Of a stretch of DNA of 64,000 nucleotides, positions 51,453-64,000 are shown piece after piece. Position 1 is the stretch's first letter. Each line of letters begins with the position of its first letter. The stretch is from Adineta vaga (taxonomy: Eukaryota > Animalia > Rotifera), in contig CP075495.1 in the NCBI GenBank assembly GCA_021613535.1, forward strand, positions 7,812,001 to 7,876,000. Direction: 5' to 3'. A model generated the notes under the pieces. It was not told the DNA's origin. It was given only the letters and a program-made list of their open reading frames with translations, and did no database searches. The position numbers were made by a program, and so were the translations under genes.

Positions 51453-52805
51453 ATGTTTTTTCGTTCGAAATTTAATCTTTTAAATCTCACTGAGAACTTT
51501 CTTCGACAATGGAAATGCAATTTATCATCGGGTATTGAATATTGATCGAAATTAAGAAAAATTCTATCTTCTTTTCTCGGTTTTGTTTTCGTAGTGACAA
51601 CACGTTTTGATTCATGTACAGGTTGTGAAATTCCTTGTACTAAACATGTTTCCTATCCAATGGAAATTCTTCAAAAGATAGATCAAAGTAGTATGAATAA
51701 TTCTGTAGAAAAATATCGTCGTCATCTATGTATTGCACAATCGATTTCACCTTCTCAATGGCCGAAGGATGTGAAAGATTTACCTGGAGGTTACATAAAA
51801 GAATTAGATCGAATTCTCAAAGCAAAACAAGATACAATTGGTTATTCAGTTAAATTAACATCTGTATTTATAGAGTCAAAAAATTCTACTGAACAAACAT
51901 CAGATTGGTATCTATTTCCTGATCAATTGAAATTGAACAATGTGAATGTAACACAAATGGAACAGGTGATTGACAAATTATTTGTTAAAGATCGATCAAT
52001 AATTCAAATAAAAGAGAAGACAAAAACTATTGCAAATCACCATACTTTGCCCGTGTTTAATGAAGGAATTCAATGTGAAAGATTAAACGGTGTATGGATA
52101 CTGGTTTGCTGTCATTCTCAACGTGATCAAAGATGTGGTAAATGAAATAAGAAAGAAAAATATCGTATTTAAAGTACTCGTAAAATGACATAATAAGAGT
52201 AAATTTGCTCGTTTAGAAACAACCGGAATCTATAAATCAAGATTTTGATTGAAGATTTTTTCTATATAATCAAAGCTGTTGACGTATCTAACAAATTTTG
52301 CTTTCAGGAAATCACTTTTTTTATATGTCAGAAAAGCCTTTTCATTTTTTTATCAAGGTTTCTTCCGAATACTGTTTCATCAAATTTTTCTCTCAGTTTA
52401 CATTGTAAAAATAAACAATCGGTGATGTTTTTTTAGGAATTACTGGACCAATTTTAACTGATGAAATAGAAACATATGTTCGTCATACAAATCAAAGCGA
52501 CACTGTTCATTGTTTAAAAATCAGCCATATTGGTAAGTGAAAACAATCGTTTAAAAATATATACAACTTCTTTCTTTCTGATACGTTTTCGATGTTTCCA
52601 AACACAAGCAGAATCAATAGTATAATGTTTATTTTTAGGTGGACATCGATTTGCGGCTAATGTTATTGTATATCCATCAGGCACGTGGTATGGGCGAGTA
52701 TTAACATGTCATGTTCCATTATTAATCGATGCTTATACTTCATTATCGGATGAATTAAAAGAAAAACTCCAACCACTTTTACGTGGAACGATAGATACTA
52801 GTTAA
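51453..52805 (+). CDS. Sucrase/ferredoxin-like (Apd1/Aim32-type) thioredoxin-like [2Fe-2S] ferredoxin, possibly mitochondrial
   Basis: Spliced MFFRSKFNLLNLTENFLRQWKCNLSS|VTTRF (presequence-like), YRRHLCI..W, LVCCHSQRDQRCG|ITGP (Cx8C) and ISHI|GGHRFAANVIVYPSGTWYGRV (HxGGH). Four exons. Confidence 0.85.
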
Positions 52806-54498
52806 AAAAAAGCGTATTAATCTTATTTTTTATGATCTAAATAATATGATAGAATAAAACCTCATGAATAAAAATTACGTTTTTTTCTCGTAAGATTCTG
52901 ACCTAAGAAGAGAAATGTGTATTTTGATGAATTATTTATTAGTATTTCATCGCCCTGTGGCTGATCGATGTCTGTATCATGAGCTTGGCGAATTCAATCA
53001 TTCATAATACATGCTCTCAGATGTGTAATAAAAACGCGAATGTGTCAGAAAGTAGGAACTTTCTGGATCATCTTTTGTACCCAGACAAAAATAAACAACT
53101 ACATCAAAATATCGACTTTGATAACAATTCTAATGACTTTTCTGATAAATCGTTCTTGTTTTCTTCTCTATCTTCGATGTTTGTAAGCAAAGAAAACCGA
53201 AGCCGTACTATTTTATTGATGATTAGTATATCTACATCAATCGAAGCGAAGATTACAATGATTTCCTGCATTTTCTTTTCTTTTCTCTGTATACCAACAT
53301 TTGTATAGCAATAATTGTGTTCACTTAACATCACCTTGATGTATGATTCAATTTCTTCGGTTATTTTTTTATTCTATTTTGTTGTATCAACGTTTTTGTT
53401 CGAGTTCCTATAATCGTCAAAGAACAATACGTACTTGACTGGAAAAAACGAGAAGCAGAAGAAGATGATGAAGAGAAAGAAGAAGAACAACAAAGAATTT
53501 TGCCAAGATGAGAAAAGAGAAGAAATTTGCGTTTCTTCCTTCTTCTTCTTTCTCTTGCTTTTTCCTCAGATTACCTAAATAAAGTCATCAATAGAAATAA
53601 ATCACTACCATAGAACAAAACCCGTGCTTTCAGTTCTTTTCAATTTGTTTTTCAATGGAACTTTCATTGACACTTATCATCACCATATAGAAGTGACAAG
53701 TGTGATCATACACACACATACACACACATTCATTAATTAATCAAGAAGATCAGGTAAATAGATCGTCTTAGTCTATTTGAGTGATTCTCTCAAGGCTTAT
53801 CTTTTATTTGCTGGATAAAAATCTTCTATTTTTCCTCTTTTGTTATTGAAATAATCAATAAGAACTCGTTAGTTAGCCGATTCCATCCACATGTCTCTGC
53901 TTAAGTTGAGTAGACCTACTTGTTAATCTAAACACAACAACACATCAGTGGTTGGTCGTCAAATGAATAAAGTTCGATTATCGACAGATTTTTTCGATTG
54001 TTTCAAATGTTATCAACTGCTTGTAATTATCACGATGTTTCTTCTTTTGATTCTCATATGATGATTTGTGATATTTACTTACCTTCAAAATCTGATTTTT
54101 TACTCCAATTCATGTTTATAGATGCTGAATCATAACAGCAGGAAACAATTGATAGCCCATATTCATGATATTTGTAATTTTGGATTTGCTCTTTATTCTC
54201 CTCTGTAGAAAGCAATCTACTCAAACATATGTAATTCATTCTACTTCACTTCATCCTTTATATCATTTGACTTCTACTCCTTCGATTACTATCTTTGTCT
54301 TTATTCGTTTTATAACAGTTACGCGCATGGTTATTTAGCAAAAAAAGTCTATAAATGGCTAATCTATATGGAATATTCTTAATACAATTATCATGATTGC
54401 TTTCAAGTAGAAGATCATCGTTGAATGAACAAAACAACATCGATCGAAATCGATATGAGAGAAACAGATTGATTATTAACGATAATTAGAAAAACAAA

Positions 54499-56782
54499 AT
54501 GTTATTAGGTCAAATCATTTCTTTCTATTTATTATCTCCATTAATTCTTTCAAGTTCAATCGATATCAATTTATCAGTAGAAGAGACACGTTTAATACGT
54601 ATACTTTTAAATGAATCAACATATTTAAAACGAGTTCGTCCAACGAATAAAGTTATTGTAGATATTCGTTTTATTTTCAATCAAATTATATCTATGGTTG
54701 AAAAAGAACAAATTATTGTTACGAATTGTTTTGTCGATCAAAAATGGACAGGTAAAATTTTGAATAATAAAAAGCAAAAACGAAAACGGAATTTTTTTTC
54801 TCCATCTAATTTCAATATACGATTAGATCCTCGTCTTGTATGGAATCCCTTAGATTATAAAAATATTACTTGGATTCGAATGTCAGCTACATCACTCTGG
54901 TAACAAAAAACATCGGTTAAAACACTCAGTTGAAAATTGAAAATTTCTCTTTTAGGTATCCGGATACATTTTTATATAATACAGCTGATAATGCTGGTTT
55001 TCTTCTTCCACAAGATTCACAAAATATGATTGTAAGCTACAATGGAACAGTTTTTTGGCCATTACCTCTCGCACAATTACGTACACGTTGTCGAATGACA
55101 ATTAAACATTTTCCATTCGGTAATTATCTTTTGGTCTATTAACAGAGAGTTTAAGTTCGTAGTTCTTTGTCTGAAGTACACATGATCTTATCATCTATAT
55201 ACATGCATAAATTACAATTAATCAAGAGATTTTCTTCTCTTTTCCTCTTGTTTATGTCATACGATATGAACTGAATAAATCATTAGTCCAAATTTGAAAA
55301 GAAGAATAACATTACAAAATCTAATTAGAAGATTTCTTTCTGTAAAAATGAAAAGGAAATTGTTATTTTTTTCCAATGAACTAAAAATTATTAATGAGAC
55401 ATAAATGTATCGGAAGTAAAGAAACAAAAAAAATCTTTCCAGAATATGTCCAACGAATCTAAACATATTTCTCTCACGTAAATAATATCTATTTAGATGA
55501 ACAAACTTGTGATATGATATTTGGTTCATGGAGTCATACAAGTTCTTTAATACATTATCAATTCTGGGAAAATAAACCTGAATTACCTCAATATACGCCC
55601 AATAATGAATGGAAATTATTAGCTGTTACACAATCACTTAAAACAATTGACTATCCAAATTGGGTGGAACCAGATACATTTTTCGAAGTTAACTTCACTA
55701 TTTTAATTGTACGAAAACCTTTACAAGCTATTTATAATACAGTTGTACCTGCATTAATGTTAACAACTTTAACATTAGTTTCATTTTTTGTAAGTTGAAA
55801 TCAAATACGAAGAAAGAAATGATCATTATAAATTGCTTTTATTTCTCTTCAGATTCCTTTTGCACAAGAAATGCAAATAGGTATTAGTATTATGTTAGCT
55901 TATTCCGTGTTTAGTTTACGTCTCTCCGAAGATGTTCCATCTCAAAGTGATAGTGTACATTTAATAAGTCTTTATTTAACCATATGTATGTTTTTCTCCT
56001 TATCGGCTATGACATGGTTTGCTATCGTAAATAAATTACGTGAGAAAAAACGTTTGCCATATTGGCTTCGTTGGCTGGCACTTGATTATATCTCTTGGAT
56101 TGTCTGTGCAGCAAGTATGCATCGAAAAGCTTCACGGGCTGTTAAACAAGAACAAATGAAAACGTCTCCAATCACGCCATCCACGCCAGTTGCTATTCCA
56201 TTACAACAATTAACAGGAATAGCTCCAACAGAATATTCTGATAGTTATTATTTTGAACGTGATTCTTTATCGGCCGATGCATCACCAAAACTTCCGTTAC
56301 TTGTTCCACGAAGTCCAAGACAATCCAATGCTGAACAAACACATCAACCTATAACTACTACAACAGCAACAACTCAATTCACTACAACTTCAATTCAAGA
56401 TACGTCCTGTCCAAATCCTAATGTATCATCATCCGTATGGATCCCAAAACGTGGAACACATCATCCATTTTCATCATCTTCTAATGGACCATCCAATAAA
56501 AGATGTAGTCATTTATCGAAAGCGTCAACACAATCACGTTCAACAAAATTAATACATAATTACGCTGAAATAAAAAATAAGGAAAGTTTATATGCTATTC
56601 ATATCTATAATCGATTCGTATTTCTCATCTTTTTTCTCACGGTTATTGGTATTAATATCTACACATGGTTTATCTATTCACGAACAGTTCGAACAAAACT
56701 ATTCGATAATCGAACAGTATGGTCATGTTATGATGAATCTAGCCTTTCGATTATTAATTGTACTGATCTAACTGAATACTGA
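54499..56782 (+). CDS. Cys-loop ligand-gated ion channel subunit (nAChR-like, non-alpha)
   Basis: Signal peptide, VRP, W.DPRLVWNP, WYPDTFLYN, Cys loop CRMTIKHFPF|DEQTC, FGSW, RKP-M1, M2/M3, a long intracellular loop and M4 (NRFVFLIFF). No vicinal CC in loop C. Confidence 0.9.
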
Positions 56783-57397
56783 TGTATATAATAGATATTT
56801 TTTAAATAAAATAGAAAAAACTTAGTTTTTTTTCTACCCTTGTTCTATCAATACAAACAGACATGAGATCGAAAGAATGACAGTTGCTTAGATTCTCTTT
56901 TTTTCCACCAAATTGAACCATTAATTAACTGAAAACATCATTGAAAGGATTGATTCTGCATCAACAGAAATGAATCAAGATTAAATTATTGAATCTTTCC
57001 AACTTAATTGTGATTTCTTTAGAAGAATGTCCGGTTTGTTACTTGTACTGAATGGCAACTATGTCTAGAATGTATTTTAAAATATTTCTCTTTTTCTCTT
57101 AATTTATCATTGAAACTCTTTTATCAACAGAGATAATATATACGACTAACCAAGTGTTCGTCCAGAGAACCGCAAAGCAACTTGTAGTTTATATCAAGTA
57201 AACACATTGTTTTTCATTTGTTTGTTATCAATAAAGATGACTATCTTTCACTTTGTCTTTAAGACGTAGGAGAATAAAAATTTAAGCGAAATAAATACAA
57301 CCATGATAACAACAACGGTATATATAAACTAATGTAATATTTCAGTGTTGATTCTTTACATTACATAGTCGTCGCCATCTTCTATTATTCTTCAATA

Positions 57398-59532
57398 ATG
57401 ACGAGCAATTTCGAACAACGACAAACAAGACAATCACGAGATTTCGATCGACCTGAAGAGACAAACTATGATACATTATCATCAAATTTAGCAACAACAA
57501 CAACATATCGATCAGCAGTCAGTCCACGAGTAACTAATGTTCAACGTTCACGTCCAACAGGCTTAGGTATTACTAGTGCATCGACACGAATTTCTCAAAA
57601 TTATTATTCTACAAATAGTTCTGGCTTTGGACCAGGTCTTGCTTCTTTGGTACACTTTTCTGGTGTACCAATGCGTGGTGGTTATGGTGGTACTGATACG
57701 GCTGTTGCAACGATTAATACAGCTCGAAAACGTGATAAACGTGATCTCGAACTTTTAAATGATAAATTTGCACAATATGTAGAAAGAGTACGATTTTTAG
57801 AAGCACAAAATCGAAAATTAAATATGGAATTAGAAGCTTTACGAAGTCGTTCAGGACAGTAAGTGATGAAAGAAAGAAATAATTATAACTGAAAAACTAT
57901 TTTCATCCAGAGGTTCATCACGTATTAAAGAAATGTATGATATTGAACGTGCTGAAGCAGAAAAATTGATTGCTGATACACAACGCGATGCTGCTAGTGC
58001 TAAATTGAAAGCTGAACAACTTGAACAAGACGTAAAACGACAAGCAGCACGAATGAAAGATATAACTGGATCTACTGAAGCTGAACGACGAGAAATTGAT
58101 AATATTCAACGTCAAATAGCTGAAAACGAAGCAGTAAGAGAATATTCAAATTCCGATTGTCATATTCTATTCTGTTTTATAGCAAATTGCTTTATTCCGT
58201 CGTCGTATCGCTGATCTTGACGATGAATTACGTCGATATAAAATTGAAAGTCAACGTTTATCATCAGAAATAAATCGTCTTCAAAATGAAATTCAAAATG
58301 AATTATTCATTAAAGTATCATGTGAAGTAGAAAAAGTTGCTCTTGACGATGAAATTGAAACTCTTAAACAACTACGTAAATTCGACTATTTTAACATCAT
58401 ATTTCATTAGAATTGTTTCTAAATACATCATTTAGATGAAGCAGAATTAGCTGAAATTCGTTCTCAAAGTGTATCCAATGATCTTGATCCATCACAATTC
58501 TTTCGTAATGAATTATCTCAATCAATTCAAGAAATTCGTAATGATTATGAAAATGCAATTGATAATCGACGAAATGAATTACAAAATCGTTATCATCTAT
58601 TAGTCAAAGAAACAATTATTCGTACTCAACCAGCAAATACTTTCGTAAATGTTCAACAACAAAAGCAGACCGAACTTTTACGTACAGAAATTCTACAAAC
58701 TCAAAATCAAAATGCTCATCTACTTGCTAAAAATAAACAACTTCAAAATGCAATGGAAGAACTAAAACGTAAAATTAAAGATTTACAAGATGCAGGTAAA
58801 AGAAAAGATCAATAGACAAAAACATCAAATTTCGAATTTCTATTCTATAGATGCACAGGCCAGAGCGAAAGGTGAACGAGATATTGATGAAGCACGACGT
58901 CATTTACAACGTGTTAAAGACGATTATGATCTAATACTTGAATTTAAAACATCACTTGAAAAAGAAATTGAAACTTATCGAAGACATCTCGAAGGTAATT
59001 CGTATAATTTTTCTCTTTATATTCTAGGATATATTCTTTGTATCTAGGTCCTGATGGTCTTCGAGGATGTGTTGATCGAATTGTACAAAATGCTGAACAA
59101 CAAGCTCTTGATCGAACTGGTGGTTCTGGTTCTTCTAAAAATATTTATGCCAGTGGTTCAACGACGATTCAACATACGTATATCAATACGACTAGTTCAA
59201 ATTATGGTCATGGAGGTTCAACACCCGGTGCTACTATTAGTAATCTTATTAATCAATCTCCTCCCAAATCAAGTCCCTATCAAACACTATCGAGTACTTT
59301 TAGAGATAGTACATTACGAAATGCACCACCTACCAGTAGTACACTTCGAAATAGTACATTACCTGATGATACAAATTATAATCGTTCATTTCGTGAGAGT
59401 TCAATACATGAATATACCAATCAAAATAGTTTAAGTCGTGGCAGTGTTATACGAGATAGTATTCCTGTACGGCAAAGTTCTACAAATGATTATCGAGAAA
59501 GTGAGATTTATGACACTATCGAAGATTCTTAA
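57398..59532 (+). CDS. Cytoplasmic intermediate filament protein
   Basis: Ser/Thr-rich head, coil 1A DKRDLELLNDKFAQYVERVRFLEAQNRKL, linker LSQSIQEIRNDYE and rod end KTSLEKEIETYRRHLEG. Low-complexity tail with no CaaX. Confidence 0.9.
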
Positions 59533-60806
59533 ACAATTTTATCGAAAGATTTCCAAACGAACTTTAAATCAAATCTTTCTATTTTTGTATTTCCGAAAGG
59601 TATTTATAGATGTACTCACGGATAATAAATTATTATTTTTTTGATTGTGAAAAATAAAAAAAAGTCTTAACATATTCATAATGAATCTTTTATTCAAAAC
59701 AGAAATTACTAAACAACTTGATTTATTTCATTTCATCCAATTGTTTAACCATAAAAATAAATGAACTCTTCATTTGCTGTACATTGTGTAGTATGTATTT
59801 TCAACCTATCAGAGGAGAAACAAAATTTTGTCAAAAAGACGAAATCTTTATCCGCATATGTTTTCAATCCAATCAATTAATCAATGTTGTTAAAGATTTG
59901 TTGAAAATTGATCAAATGAACAAGTTATTGCTTGTCTAGTTAATTGAAAACAAATTTAACATATGATCGTTAGAAATTAAACATCAGAACAAGTGACAAA
60001 ATTCAATAAAGAAAAGGAGAAAAAAATGATCAACACATCATTAGAGTGAATATCCGTTACGGAAAAGAAAAATCAACGACTATCACTATAATTTTTCTTT
60101 CTAATGACAAAAATTATTTCTTGAGATGTTTATTTATTGTTTAATGTAACAAAAGAATTTATTCTAAAGTATAACATCTAAGAGACGAGTTTATTTTTTC
60201 TCTTTGTTTTCTATTTATCGATGAATCATATAATACTTTCTCATATAAACTATATCGTTCTAATACGATCAAACTGAGCATGAATATAACGAAACGATAG
60301 AAATGAAAAAGACACAACATATAGCTATCGATCTATAGAAGGATAAATGATGAGATATAACCCCTATATGATCTAGTTCGTTATAGTTACATATCGAATT
60401 CGAGAGGCACGTGTGTTGTGAGCATCATATTTAAATAGGGTCTTGTTTATTCTTTTTCTTCTTCGTTATTTTTCTTCTCCTTCGAATAGATCATATATAC
60501 TAACGAAATCTCTTTGTTTTCTTCATTCTTCTCATCAGCTGTTTGGATATTTCAGTCAGCCGAATCTTGACATATATTAACTAAAAAATCATCAATGTAT
60601 AATTGATCAAATATCAATTAGGAAATTTTTTTTCTACTTTTATCAACGACCAATACAAATTGTCGCTTGTTTGAAATTTTTGACCAATTGAACAATTTTT
60701 TTCTTCTTCTTCCTTTCTCTTTTCTCTTTTCTCTTTTAAGATTGTTTGAAATTTATTTCCTTACGTCATTCATAGAACAACAAGACAAGTAATCAAACGA
60801 AACAGA

Positions 60807-62259
60807 ATGAATCGTACGAAGTATACCATTAAACCAGATCCTGATGCTTTAGATTTAAGCAATCGTCCTCAACATTTGTTATCGCCGTCGATTGACAATG
60901 AAGATGATGATGATGAATATTTACATAGTGAAGATGAACAACATCATGATCCTTTACAAGAAACAAGCGATTTTATTATTAAAGTAATTCGACATGTTTA
61001 TCTTTTACTTCTTTTTCTTATATAAATTTTCTGATTTCTTAGAAAACAACCTATGATAGTGGTTTTGTTGATACAAGCGATGAGAATAATGATTTAACAA
61101 TGGTAAAACAAGGTAAGTAAGAAGCGATTTTTTTTCGAAACGATATTCCCATACTATCTATCATTAAATTTCTATATCAATAACGATTAAAATTAATGAA
61201 AAGAAAAATGTTGAGGTAGATAATATAGAAACAATAGAGTCGAACTGGTTATTCATTCATTCGCTTCTTCAACACCTTTTTTTTTCGTTGCTATTTCGTG
61301 AACAATTAAACACCTGAGGATACATTGTTCATTTTGTTAATAGAACGACATCGTCATCATTATCATAGTACACCACTACGACCTCAACAAATTCATTCAC
61401 ATATACGTCATCCGAGTACAAGTAGTAGTACGTGTTCATCACCAACTAATCAAGAACGATCGCATTCGCCTGTTGATGATAAAGAATGTCGAAATACAAG
61501 GTGAGATAGAATTTTTTCAAAAAAGAAAGTGAAATAGTTTCGTTTGAATTGAAATATTTCAAATAGATTTCTTGGAAGTCGTGCTGTAGCTGTTTTAAAT
61601 CAATGGTTTCAATCAAATCGTGATTATCCATATCCTGATGATGAACGTACTGATCGTTTAGCTCGAGAAGCAGGTACTGAAAACAAGAATCTTTTATTCT
61701 ATAATTATCGAATTTGTTTATCACTTTCAACAGGTATCACACAAAAACAAGTGAAAAAATGGTTTGCAAACAAACGTGTACGAAGTCAAATGTGCTATAA
61801 ACCACTCTATCGTTCTCGAAAAGTAATCGAACATTTGTATGATAATCATTTATGTAACGAATGAAATTTCAGTCTCGTAATTCATCAACAATTCGTTCGA
61901 CACAAAATCAAGTTCCATCAACTGTTTCGACACCATCATCGGCAACGACACAACCTCGCCGTCCTCAAACAAATTATAACTATATTATTAATCATAACAA
62001 TATTGCAACACCAAACTCATTACCAGATTTTAGTAACGTTTTTCCAGGCCCAAATCCTGCTCTATTCAATCCAATGGCTGCTTCAATGATGATGTTTATG
62101 ATGCAACAACATTTAATGACAACAATGATGGCTGCTGCGGGTTTACCGCAATTACCTTCTGTACCAATACCACCTCCAACACCAACACCTTCGACTAATT
62201 CCTCAGCGACATCTCCAAAGAAAACAAATGTTGATCGTATTACAAGATTTTGGTTATAG
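60807..62259 (+). CDS. TALE-class homeobox transcription factor (atypical, WFANKR)
   Basis: Spliced homeodomain RNTR|FLGSRAVAVLNQWFQSNRDYPYPDDERTDRLAREA|GITQKQVKKWFANKRVRS, carrying the PYP loop. It is split over 3 exons and so is absent from the ORF track. Confidence 0.88.
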
Positions 62260-62927
62260 AATAGAAAAGCAATACTCTCCAACGAACATCGCACAGATAC
62301 AAACATAAGTTTTGACATTTGTTTGTTTTGTTGAAATCAATGTGATTTTGTTATTGCTGTTTTTCTATTATACTTTGTTTTGTCCTCTTTCTTTTTTCGC
62401 AGTGCATTGAAATTGAAAAGGAAAAAAAGAAACTTAAGTTGTGTGCGTTTTGTGTGAGAGTAAAACTTTCTTTTTTGCGATTTTTTATCTATTAAAACTC
62501 ATGAACAAAAAAATGAAACTAAATCTTCGTCTTTCAATGAAAAAAACAATTGACTAAATGTCTCCAACAAGTTATAGAGAATGACGAAACATAAAATAGA
62601 TGGATTCACAATATGTGATCAGAAGAAGATTGATTAATAATCGAGGAATTTGTGCGAAGTTCACTGAAAGTGTGTCAGATACTATGGGAGAAAAAACTCA
62701 TTCAGTTACTCAGCATCCTTTGTTGACGAATGCTTTTGTTATGGTTTTTAGGCAACAAAAACATAACAATTCGTTTTTTTAATTTCATTTAGTTATTATA
62801 ACTAAACAAATAAGAATTCAACTAGAACTATCGATATCTTTGATTATCAATTAAACCGCTGGAGTTTTCTTTTCACTTATGTTTACATTTTTCCGAATAG
62901 AATTTTTTCGAAAAGCAGAATAAATAA

Positions 62928-63631
62928 TCAATTGTCCTCTAATGTCGAAACTAATTGTGTAAAACGATCATCTTCTGTTGCTGTTTTTTGTATATGAGAG
63001 TGTCGATTATAAGCACTTTTCTTTCGTGCTGCAATCATATGTTTACGATTCATGACTTGTGATGAATGTGGTGCAAGAATGATTTCTAGCATAACTGGTT
63101 GAAATTGAAGGAAATTTTGTTTGATTCTTTCATTTGCTACTGCCGGAACATCATCATCAATTCCGTCGAAACGATGTAATGGAGAAATATTTACTGTCGA
63201 TGTATTTTTCGTTGGATAAATACTTGGAAGAAAAATATGGCTGGTTCGACCACTTTCTTCTGTTTTACGATTCCATGATGTTCGACATGTATCTCGAAAT
63301 GCTTTATCAGCATCAAACCATTGATGACGTTTCGATAATAAACCATAAACAAATACGTGATTCTGTGCATTACGACGGCGAATAGCATCAATATTATCTT
63401 TATCGATTTGTTTATGTTTACGATTAAGTTCACGTTGATACTCTGTTTCAGATTTTAAGAGAGTTTGATAATATAAACCTGGAAGACGATTTGTACCAGT
63501 TTTCTTCTTACTAAACAAATATATATATATATATATATGTACATATTGTGAAAGTTCAATTGTGATGTTTTCCATTAAAGATTAAAATCCTATTCCGAAG
63601 ATAAGTGAGATATTTTTACTTACAAGTTCAT
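62928..63631 (-). CDS. Uncharacterised basic protein
   Basis: ATG AAC TT, then a GT-AG intron (63511-63623), then T AAG AAG AAA gives MNFKKKTGTNRLPG... in frame with the long ORF. No family recognised. Confidence 0.55.
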
Positions 63632-64000
63632 ATTCTAATAGAATTCTACTGTGTATATTTCAGTTGACAAATTGAGAAGAAAAGAAAAGGAAAAGGTGTC
63701 AATAATTTTGTTTCAATCGATGTTTGCTATTTGAAATACGTCATTTTTTTTATCAAGTTTAAAAGAAACAATATAAATTAATAACAATTTAATGCGTTGC
63801 GATGCAAAAAGAAAAAGAAATACGGTACTTGACACAGCAAAAATAAATGTGTCTTGTGAACTGTTGAATTTGTCTACAAAAGAAATTCAAAAATACTCTC
63901 TTCTCAAGTGTGAAAAAAATCTTCGCTTAAATAATAATAACAAATAAAGCGAAGAAAAAGAATTCTTTTCAATTACACAAAAGAAAACTAAAATAACTTC

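Noticed and set aside
52979-53511. Small gene(s) in ORFs 52979-53308 and 53104-53334 and an acidic stretch near 53450
   Set aside because: No family motif or consistent start/splice model. This may be UTR or intergenic sequence.
57398-59532. Nuclear lamin
   Set aside because: No recognisable Ig-like tail, NLS or CaaX. The features fit a cytoplasmic IF.

Overview
AT-rich (roughly 70% A+T), gene-dense eukaryotic genomic DNA with many short GT-AG introns (about 50-70 nt). The gene content points to a bdelloid rotifer (Adineta/Rotaria-like): an intronless ART+TPR gene, a B-box/beta-propeller gene, fungal-type genes, a cytoplasmic intermediate filament and a spiralian-type TALE homeobox. This organism call is inference. 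Two housekeeping blocks flank a gene-poor accessory island at about 16.5-32.8 kb. The left block holds TFIP11, a mucin-like protein, a GH17, WDR91, IGBP1, UNC45, POLR3F and renalase. The right block holds IPO13, TANGO2, an ACSM-like gene, an ASB, ZC3H18, an RPL11 paralog, an Apd1/Aim32-like ferredoxin, a Cys-loop channel, an IF protein and a TALE homeobox. The island's most striking feature is a ~6.3-kb array of about 69 units with a ~92-94-bp period, each anchored by a near-palindromic TATTC(A/G)AATA motif. The array fills the space between a secreted prepropeptide ORF and a spliced, polyadenylated terminal exon on the minus strand. The island also has a hAT-type foldback MITE with an 8-bp TSD. 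Other notable signals are operon-like co-oriented genes with orphan splice acceptors (possible SL trans-splicing), an RPL11 paralog lacking its basic loop, and probable pseudo-enzymes. All family calls come from motif recognition by eye, not database searches.
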